Part shown: positions 40,586 through 51,072 of the stretch, in pieces
How positions within the stretch are numbered: the first letter of the stretch is position 1
Layout of the letters: the number at the start of each line of letters is the position of its first letter
From: Candidatus Poribacteria bacterium
GTDB taxonomy: Bacteria > Poribacteria > WGA-4E > WGA-3G
Direction: 5' to 3'
Assembly (NCBI GenBank): GCA_963665235.2
Contig: CAXXLX010000001.1
Location: 2,560,001 to 2,624,000 of the forward strand
Length of the DNA stretch: 64,000 nucleotides
The notes under the pieces: generated by a model
What the model was told of the DNA's origin: nothing
What the model saw: only the letters and a program-made list of their open reading frames with translations
Databases searched by the model: none
Position numbers and translations under genes: made by a program

Positions 40586-42300
40586 CTAATCGTCCCTTTG
40601 CGCCGCGGAGGACGATTGCTCAAGATGGGCTTGATAGAGTCGATTCTTGAAATCCGCATTGATTTCAGATTTTGACAATTTATTGTAAAGTTCCAGCTTG
40701 TTATTGACAAAATCCAATAAAATATCATCAACTACTTGTTCAAACTTATACCGTTTGTTGGTTTCCGCTGAAACGCTGCTTGGAGCTGTTCTGGTTCATT
40801 CACGAAGTCAAGCACTAGCGTATCGGTTTTACCAGTAGCGACACGGTTCAGACGGCTCAAGGTTTGGACACATTGTAACCCATCCAATCGCTTATCAACG
40901 TACATCGTCTGCAGCAGCGGCTCATCGAAACCTGTCTGGAACTTGTTCGCGACAATCAGAATCCGATATTCAGGACTCTTGAAACTGTCCTCGACGGAAG
41001 TGCTCGGCGGCAACAGATTCATCCCGCTTTCCGTGTATTCCTGCCCGTTATCGGTGTCTTGCACTGTGTTGCTGAACGCTACCAAACACCCGTAGGGAAG
41101 TCCCATCTCCTTCATCTGCCGATCAAACTCCTGCTTGTATCTGACGCAGTGCAGTCGGGAGGGTGTAACCAACATCGCTCGTCCCTTCCCTTCAATCGTT
41201 TTTGCCGTGTGTTCGGTGAAGTGTTCAAGGATAATCCGGGTTTTGGTCTCAATACTATGGGGTTGCAGGTCAACGTAATTGGTCAGTGCTCGAAGCGTTC
41301 GCGCCTTCTCGTACTCTCTATCCTCCTGTGCACTTTTAACCAATTGGAAGTATCTCTTAAAGGTGGTATAGTTCTGCAGCACGTCCAGTGTGAAACCTTC
41401 GCTGATACTTTGGCGCATGGAATAGACATGAAACGGGACAAATTTTCCTTCTGCGTCCTTCTGTCCAAAGAGTTCTAAGGTCTTGTTTTTCGGGGTGCCG
41501 CTGAAACCGAAATAGGAGATATGCTCTTGCATTCTGCGTTGTTCCATCTGTTCAAGGATTTTAGCGTCTATATCCGATACTTCATCGGCATCATGTTCCG
41601 TTTCCCCCTCTTCTATCCCCTTTGAGAGTGAAGCCCTGAGATTTCTCTCCGACTCCCCGCTCTGTGAGGAGTGCGCTTCGTCAATAATCACGGCGAAGGT
41701 CTTGCTTTTGAGTTTGCCTATCTCCTCGGCAATCACGCTGAACTTCTGAATCGTTGAGATGATGATGTCTTTGCCGGATTCGAGGAAACCTCTGAGTTGC
41801 GCTGAGGTCTTATCAACGGCATGGACTACCCCCTCGACCTGTGCTACCTGCTTGATTGTGTTCTGCAGCTGCTTGTCAAGGACGCGCCGGTCTGTTACGA
41901 CAATAATGGAGTCAAAGATGCGATTGGTATCGCTCTCCGACCGATACAGATGCGTGAGTAGGTGCGCCAACCACGCGATGGAGTTCGACTTCCCACTCCC
42001 TGTGGTGTGTTGGATGAGATATTTATGTCCAACCCCCTCTTTCTCGATAGCCGCTTGCAATTGACGAATCACATCCAGCTGATGATACCGTGGAAAAATA
42101 AGGACGCGGCGTTTCTCATCTGTCACAATTTTACTTCACGATTCTTTCCATTCAACAAAGGTATTGAAAACCCTCCAAACCCGCATGGGCACAAGACCGC
42201 CTACCTTTGGGAAGACATCCTGCAGCCCGATAATCTGATGACGTTAATCAACAACTTTATCTACGAGCAGGAAACCACAGAAAAGGTTTACAATCTGACA
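40586..42300 (-). pseudogene. hsdR: Type I restriction subunit R, truncated, internally deleted, with an inverted fragment
   Basis: PRYHQL, HTTGSGKS, DEAH, FQTGFD, QTLSRLNR; C-terminus in another frame; upstream PFNKG...YLWEDIL segment on the + strand. Confidence 0.85.
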
Positions 42301-42304
42301 AGTA

Positions 42305-42419
42305 CAGGACTTACGCAGCGCGTTGATAAAGTCCATAGATAATAGGATTTAGAGAGAGATCTAGCGGGCGAGGGGACCTCGCCCCTACGAGGATATCGCC
42401 TAAATTTGCGTAAACCCTG
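42305..42419. mobile_element. CAGGACTTACGCA-type MITE at the hsdR breakpoint
   Basis: TIRs CAGGACTTACGCA / TGCGTAAACCCTG, internal REP-like palindrome. Confidence 0.7.
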
Positions 42420-42427
42420 GCAAACAA

Positions 42428-42649
42428 TTAATTTTGGGGGTTGGGTGTTTCTGGTTTAGGTGCTTCTGGTTTGGGTGTTTCTGGTGTAACAACTGGTCTA
42501 TCGTCAGGCTTAGTCTCTGGTTGAACTGGCTTAGGTTCAATAGGAGTTACAGGCCTAACTTTAGCGGGTGGTTTGGGACCTGTCCAAGACTCCACATGTT
42601 TTGGCTTTTTTGGCTTAGCAGACCGATTTTGACTATTTTTGCGTGCCAT
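42428..42649 (-). CDS. Small Pro/Lys-rich hypothetical protein
   Basis: GGAGG RBS, PETPKP repeats. Confidence 0.5.
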   Translation of the reverse strand: MARKNSQNRSAKPKKPKHVESWTGPKPPAKVRPVTPIEPKPVQPETKPDDRPVVTPETPKPEAPKPETPNPQN

Positions 42650-42650
42650 T

Positions 42651-43218
42651 TTATTCACCTCCTTTTACCTCTAAAATACCAAATATCATTAATAGTGCAA
42701 TTGCCAATATCCCTACAATAAATAAAATTATAGAAGTGACAATTAGAAATGTACCTATTTTATTTGCTGTACTCCTCTTAGTGGCTGCTTCCTCTATATT
42801 ATACCATTTCTAATTGAAAATGTCTCTTTCTTGTAGCATAAACTTCCAGTTTGTGCCGTTCTCCGTTTCATTTCTAACAACTGGTAATGGTAGAATAATT
42901 AATAAAAATGGTATTATATAGGTAATATTGTTCGTTAAATTCCCTCTGTTTATGTAAAGCCCTTTGGATAAACAAATAGGAAATTACACCCAGGATAATG
43001 GAAAAAACAAATGGCGCATAACTAATTAGCATGATCCATGTTCTATGATTAATGTCCCAATTGATATACGCAGTCAATAGTATCAATATAACGCCAGAAA
43101 AATATCTCATAGACTTATTGAGTTCCACATCGTTACTCATCAGGCTATCAAATATAGTTTTTTCTTCAGCGAGATATTGTGCGTACCTTTCTTTTTGCAA
43201 TTCTTCTTCATTTGACAT
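42651..43218 (-). pseudogene. Membrane protein interrupted by TA-MITE
   Basis: Removing 42802-42914 plus one TA restores ...QYYLYNIEEAATKRS...GILEVKGGE*. Confidence 0.75.
42802..42914. mobile_element. TA-targeting MITE (single REP unit)
   Basis: Inverted homologue of 12861-13169; TA at 42800-01 and 42915-16. Confidence 0.85.
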
Positions 43219-43627
43219 AATATACACCGATTTCTGTTGATTACATCAACATTAACAGTATAATCAGTATTGGCAAAGTCCTGAAACTACCCCCTTAAAT
43301 CATACTACATTCCAGAAACTTTGTCATAAAATCCACTGAGCCTCCGGCAGTCACAATTTTGCGAATACGGTCGGGTTACCGAAAAACTCGACAGCAAACG
43401 ATCTTAGCGTCCCTAAAACCGATTACTTGCCAAGCAGAAAATTGTCGGCACGCTCACAGGGAGAAATTGTTCAACCCTGCCTCTTTTCTAACCGTAGAGG
43501 CAGGATTGGCAAAGTTTCCAAAGCTACGTCTTAATTATACCACATTCCAGAAACTTTATCAAATTAAAATTAACTGAATATTTGGAAAAGAACTTGACTT
43601 ATCTTGGGTTAAATGTTATAATATTAT

Positions 43628-44101
43628 CAAGTCTTCCGCTACAAAACCCCCGTGCTTTAGCTGGGGGATGTAGTAGCGGCGCATGAGCTAAAATTTTAAT
43701 TTGACTTTTGCATTAAAATGTGGTATAATATATATATCATCAGTGGTTCGGATTACCACCTTCAACGCCACCAATGTTGAAGTTCCGAACCTCAACCTAT
43801 GGTAGGGTTGTGTGCTGATGTTCTGGCGATACCCAGTCAATATCCACATTTTTGTGCAATGCTTTCGGTATCCAAAAGACGGGTCATGCTGCATTGGATA
43901 CCAAAGCACTGATTCACAAGCATAAAGAAGGTGCGAAGCACGAGGGCAGGGCATTGTCCTTTGAGTTAGGGGCAGTAAGACTTGGAACAGCCCAAGCATC
44001 TCCGTTGACGTTCACACGTCTGAAAACCACAATCCAATAGCTAACGCGTAGCGGAACTTTTTAAAAGAATCTCCCTTGCTTTAGCTGGGAGAGTATGTCA
44101 A
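43628..44101 (+). mobile_element. ORF-less IS200/IS605-type element with internal promoter and structured RNA (copy B)
   Basis: Preceded by TTAT; TTGACT-17-TATAAT at 43701-43729; right end GAATCTCCCTTGCTTTAGCTGGGAGAGTATGTCAA. Confidence 0.75.
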
Positions 44102-44153
44102 TGTGCAGGACTGAACCCTCCCTCGGTGGGGGATGTAGGCCCTGCTTTTTTTT
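44102..44153 (+). ncRNA. Candidate small hairpin RNA/terminator convergent on the DUF3800 gene
   Basis: GCAGG...CCTGC stem then T8; orphan promoter at 43594-43622 on the other side of the inserted element. Confidence 0.4.
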
Positions 44154-44167
44154 ATGCTATTTTTTAT

Positions 44168-44815
44168 TCAGGAAGTTGGTCGTATAATTCCTTCAGATAT
44201 TGGTTCTAACAAATTAAATGCCTGGTCGAGACCATACTTCGTTTTAGAAGCGATCGGACGTTCTTGACGAAGCAACGCATAAGCGCAAAAATCAGACAAC
44301 TGAATGAAATATGACTGATCGGATTTCTTAAAAAACGGATCTTCAATAATACGATCAATTGCACCATTTTTTGAAGTTTGCATGCGTCTAACTAATCTTG
44401 TATAGATAGCATCTTTTCCTTCATCACAGATTAAGATCGCATGACTATTCCACCTTTGTAAAGTCCGATTGATATCCTCGAGTAAAGCTGCATAAGCGTG
44501 CTTGCTCGCTTTAGCTGGGAACACGCTGCTAAAAAGTCGTGTTTCTGGCAAGGTTGCCACCATTTGAAGTGTCTGTTTGAAAATTTGGCATCGCCGCCCT
44601 TTGGGAACTACGCCATCAGCAATTCTTCCGCGCCCTGAAACAAATTTCCACGCATGGAATTCAGTGTAAACAGAGATGCTGTCACTCGTCTGTATATCGT
44701 GACGAAAGTCTTTTATTTTCTTAAGACAAGAGTTCCATTTATCATCACGAATCGTTAAGGCTGAAAATATACATAGTTTCTCATCTCCAGAGTCGTCAAT
44801 GTAAATTAGGTGCAT
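44168..44815 (-). CDS. DUF3800 domain protein
   Basis: YIDDSG, EFHA, DEG, IQLSDFCAY (QxxD). Confidence 0.85.
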   Translation of the reverse strand: MHLIYIDDSGDEKLCIFSALTIRDDKWNSCLKKIKDFRHDIQTSDSISVYTEFHAWKFVSGRGRIADGVVPKGRRCQIFKQTLQMVATLPETRLFSSVFPAKASKHAYAALLEDINRTLQRWNSHAILICDEGKDAIYTRLVRRMQTSKNGAIDRIIEDPFFKKSDQSYFIQLSDFCAYALLRQERPIASKTKYGLDQAFNLLEPISEGIIRPTS

Positions 44816-44843
44816 CCTGTCTCCTATGTAAAATACATATCTA

Positions 44844-45014
44844 ACGCGGGCTTGATAATAAATGTCCGTTTGTGCTAGCCTCTATAAACATATCGTCCTT
44901 GAGGAGCGGGAAACCGTTTGCCCGAATACTGGGACTAAGAGGCGGTGGGGAGACGGCTGCTTCTATAAACATATCGTCCCTACGGGACTAAAGAAACTTT
45001 TTTCAAACTCACGT
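44844..45014. mobile_element. ACGTGAG-type MITE with 6-bp TSD (TATCTA)
   Basis: TATCTA at 44838-43 and 45015-20. Confidence 0.8.
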
Positions 45015-45065
45015 TATCTAACACAATTATATTTCTATCACCACGTGTAACGCGTCGACTGCCAG

Positions 45066-45155
45066 CTAGTCGAAAAGGGTAGTTAATGGTGCAAACTGTA
45101 GAGGCCCCGTATCTTGCCATGATTTGAAATTTTGTGCTCTGAGTTCGGTAATCAT
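45066..45155 (-). pseudogene. N-terminal stub of an ABC/AAA-type ATPase
   Basis: MITELRAQNFKSWQDTGPLQFAPLTTLFD*; stops just before the expected Walker A. Confidence 0.55.
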
Positions 45156-45167
45156 AATTTATCCCTT

Positions 45168-46895
45168 TTATAAACCCAACACCTCATTCAGCAAACCTGC
45201 ACTTCTCCGTTCCAATGCCAATATTTCATCGGCAATCTCCTTCAGTGAGCGCAGCGGCGTGTACTGATAGAAATACCGATTGAAGTTAATCTCGTACCCT
45301 ACCTTATCCCTCTTCCTATCTATCCAACTGTCGGGCACATGCGGTTTCACTTCTCGCTGGTAGGAAGCGTCAACATCCTCTGTGATGGGCACCCGTTCAT
45401 AGTCTCGCAGCTTGGTATCCGGTTTCGGATTGCCCTGTTTGTCCGTGACGATATCCCCTGTCTCCGCGTCAATGAGCGGTCTCTCAACCGTTACCTTTGT
45501 ATAACCGAAAAAGTCGTTTGGATAAATTTTTGAGTGTTCGGTCTCCTCAAAGTTGGTGTAGAGTTGTATCAGCTGACGGATATGGTTATCGGAAACGAGA
45601 ACGTTCTTGTCTCCGAGGTTTCTTTTCAGCTCGTCGCGGAAGTCAACGGCGTTGATGAGTTGGACCTTCCCTTGTCGTGCCTCCGATTTTTTGTTCGTTA
45701 GTATCCAGATATAGGTGGCAATATTGGTGTTAAAGAACAGCTTTTCAGGCAGTGCGATAATACACTCCAACCAGTCGTTCTCGATGATCCAACGTCGGAT
45801 TTCACTTTCACCGCTGCCGGCATCCCCTGTAAAGAGCGGTGACCCGTTAAAGACGATTCCAATCCGACTCCCGCGGGCCTCCATTTTGGAGAGCATGTGT
45901 TGCAAGAACAGCAATGCGCCATCGGAGGAGCGAGGCGTGCCTGCTGAGAATCTGCCGGTAGCGGTTTGCGCTTCTGCCTTCACCGCAGGTTCGTCAGATT
46001 TCCAACTGACACCGAAGGGCGGATTCGTAATCATATAATCGAACCGTTCTCCTCGGAATTGGTCCTCGGAGAGACTGGAGCCGTGTCGTATATTGTTGGG
46101 CTCCTCTCCGGTAATGAGCATATCCGACTTACAGATAGCGTAGGTCTGCGCGTTCAGTTCCTGACCCAACAACCGAATGTCAGCATTCGGATTAATCTGC
46201 TCACGGAAGTACTCCTTCCCAACGGTCAACATGCCGCCTGTCCCGCAGCAGGGATCAAAGATACTGCGGACGACCCCTTTTCCGTGCAGGTCTTCGTGAT
46301 GTTCCGCAAATAGCAGTGAGACCAATAATCGCACGACATCCCGCGGCGTGTAGTGTTCTCCGCTGGTCTCGTTGGACATTTCCGAGAATCGGCGGAGCAG
46401 CTCTTCAAAGACCGAGCCCATCGTGTGGTTATCCACCTTATCGGGATGTAAATCGATTTCGGTAAATTTATCGCAAAAGATGAACAGTCGGTTGTTTTTG
46501 TCCAGTCGCTCAATAAACCCATCGAGATTGAAGTTTTCGATGATGTCGCGCACGTCTTGACTGAATCCGCCGATGTAGTTTTCAAAGTTGAGGTGGATAT
46601 TGTTTGCATCTTCTTTCAGTCGGGAGAGGTCGTATTGTGAGATGTTGTAGAAATTAGTTTTTGTCTCTTTTAGAATAATCCGAGGTAGCATTTCTTCGGA
46701 CACTTTATCCTTAAACTCGTTATAGGTATGAATGGCTTTCTCTTTTCGTCCATCCTCGTCTAGGAGACAGTCTAATCGGCGTAACACCAGAAACGGAAGG
46801 GTGATGTCGCCGTATTCGTGTGGTTTGAACAGTCCTCTGAGCACATCATCCGCCACGTTCCAAACCAGATTTGCCAGTTCTTGATAATTTGCCAT
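45168..46895 (-). CDS. hsdM: Type I restriction-modification methyltransferase subunit M
   Basis: GEHYTPRDVV, DPCCGTGGML, NPPF, FNTNIATYIW. Confidence 0.93.
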   Translation of the reverse strand: MANYQELANLVWNVADDVLRGLFKPHEYGDITLPFLVLRRLDCLLDEDGRKEKAIHTYNEFKDKVSEEMLPRIILKETKTNFYNISQYDLSRLKEDANNIHLNFENYIGGFSQDVRDIIENFNLDGFIERLDKNNRLFIFCDKFTEIDLHPDKVDNHTMGSVFEELLRRFSEMSNETSGEHYTPRDVVRLLVSLLFAEHHEDLHGKGVVRSIFDPCCGTGGMLTVGKEYFREQINPNADIRLLGQELNAQTYAICKSDMLITGEEPNNIRHGSSLSEDQFRGERFDYMITNPPFGVSWKSDEPAVKAEAQTATGRFSAGTPRSSDGALLFLQHMLSKMEARGSRIGIVFNGSPLFTGDAGSGESEIRRWIIENDWLECIIALPEKLFFNTNIATYIWILTNKKSEARQGKVQLINAVDFRDELKRNLGDKNVLVSDNHIRQLIQLYTNFEETEHSKIYPNDFFGYTKVTVERPLIDAETGDIVTDKQGNPKPDTKLRDYERVPITEDVDASYQREVKPHVPDSWIDRKRDKVGYEINFNRYFYQYTPLRSLKEIADEILALERRSAGLLNEVLGL

Positions 46896-47104
46896 GCGTT
46901 TCCTTCTCTTTGTAGTCCTATCAATAGGTAAAAATAATAGCAGATTTCAGCCAAAACATTCAAACGGGTGGAGCCATTCAATCCGCAATTTAGACAATTC
47001 CCATTATAACACAAAGTTTCGCAAAAGTCAAATGAAAAATCAATACCTTTGCACCTTTGCAAAAAAATAGTTGACGAAATAGTGGATATATATTAAAATG
47101 GGGG

Positions 47105-47533
47105 GTGAGTACAAATAAACTATCAAATAACGTTCAACAGTTATCACCGGCGGAATTGGACGAATTCACGCAGAAGTTCACCGAATGGCAACATCAACGC
47201 GAAACGTCAATAGACGAGAAGGTCGATAAGGATGCATCGGATGCCGAAGTGTTGGCATTCATTCGGAAAAATTCCCAATTGCCTGAAAAAGAGAATAGAC
47301 GCTATTGGGAACTCCGCCGCATGTCTGACGATGAAACTTTAAGCGATGAAGACCTGCCAGAATACCGCGAACTAGTACGCTGCTTGACAGTTATGACCGC
47401 CAAACGGCTTGAGGCACTCGCTATCTTAGTGCAACGTTGGGAAAAACCTGTCGAAGATATCATGGCAGAATTGGGACTTGTTATCTCCCACTTTGACGAA
47501 CTCGGACTGGCAGAGCCACAGTTGAGGCGTTAA
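47105..47533 (+). CDS. Hypothetical helical protein (possible antitoxin)
   Basis: 142-aa ORF with upstream TTGACG promoter-like sequence. Confidence 0.6.
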   Translation: MSTNKLSNNVQQLSPAELDEFTQKFTEWQHQRETSIDEKVDKDASDAEVLAFIRKNSQLPEKENRRYWELRRMSDDETLSDEDLPEYRELVRCLTVMTAKRLEALAILVQRWEKPVEDIMAELGLVISHFDELGLAEPQLRR

Positions 47534-47815
47534 AAAAATATCCAAACGAAATTGACAGCTTTAACGAGTTGTGCTAAATGACTTTTTGTACAACATTATT
47601 TCACACGAACAGAACGTTTTGCCCGTGTTTCTCATTGGTTTGGACAATCTTCAGTCCCGTAGGGACGATATATTTATAGCTAAACGTTCCACCTTTCTCT
47701 TTAGTCCCGTAGGGACGATATGTTTGTCCGACAACATCCAATATCTGTGAGAAAAACAAAAACAATCAGTTAACTGGCACAAGTCGTAGCTTTAACAACA
47801 ATTGAGTACTGTGTT

Positions 47816-48579
47816 ATGAAAATTCAGTTTTTAGCCCATCGTGGTGGAATGGGGCGCGCCCCCGAAAATACAGTCGCCGCCTTTCAGCAAGCTCTGGCAG
47901 ATGGCGCGGATGGATATGAATGTGATGTCTGCCTCACCCAAGACAAACAACCCGTACTAATCCATGTCGACTTCAACCGAGACGATATTCGAGAAGCCAC
48001 CGGATGCACAGTACCCCTCAGCGAGCTCACGTGGAAAGAGGTACAGCAGCTCACAATGGAAACCTCTGACGAACCCGTGGCACACCTCGACGACGCACTC
48101 CGATTTACACGAGAAAACCGGATGCCGTGTTTTGTTGAACCGAAGTCCGACACGCCGGAACTGCTTTCGTGCATTATAGAACGCATTCAGCACTTTGAGG
48201 TGGCGCATCTTGTTAGCATACTCACGTTTTACTACCGGAAACATCTGCTTATAGCAACGAAAACTTTAGAGCCGAAGCTACAGACCAGCGCAATTCTCAT
48301 CAACCCGATGGCGAACTTCCTTAAAGCCGCCACTGCTATTGATGCAGACCGAATTATCTTGGGCTGGAGTGGCATAAATCACTTCAAACTCTATAATGCC
48401 CTCACGCGCACCGTAACCTCGCGCGTTAAACAACTCCAAACAATTCAGGTTATTGTGGAAGCTGGGTTTATTTTGACAGCCAAGGATGTCGCCTGGGCAG
48501 TGAAAAATGGCATCCAAGGGTTGTGGGTAGATGATGTGCCTTACATCAAACGTTGTGTTCAAGATATTGAAGAGAAAGC

Positions 48580-48583
<4 letters not shown>
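47816..48583 (+). CDS. Glycerophosphodiester phosphodiesterase family protein
   Basis: AHRGG...PENT, ECDV, VLIH. Confidence 0.88.
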
Positions 48584-50996
<2,413 letters not shown>

Positions 50997-51072
50997 TGTT
51001 AGTTGGGGACAGCAGTATTGTGCTATCAGCACTCCCGCTGGCTAGGCGTTTTACCACACAATGTGTTTCGCC

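Noticed and set aside
43628-44101. Group I intron/IStron or tnpB coding remnant
   Set aside because: I could not find group I P7 core motifs or TnpB RuvC/zinc-finger motifs, and the copies are intergenic; not excluded without a CM search
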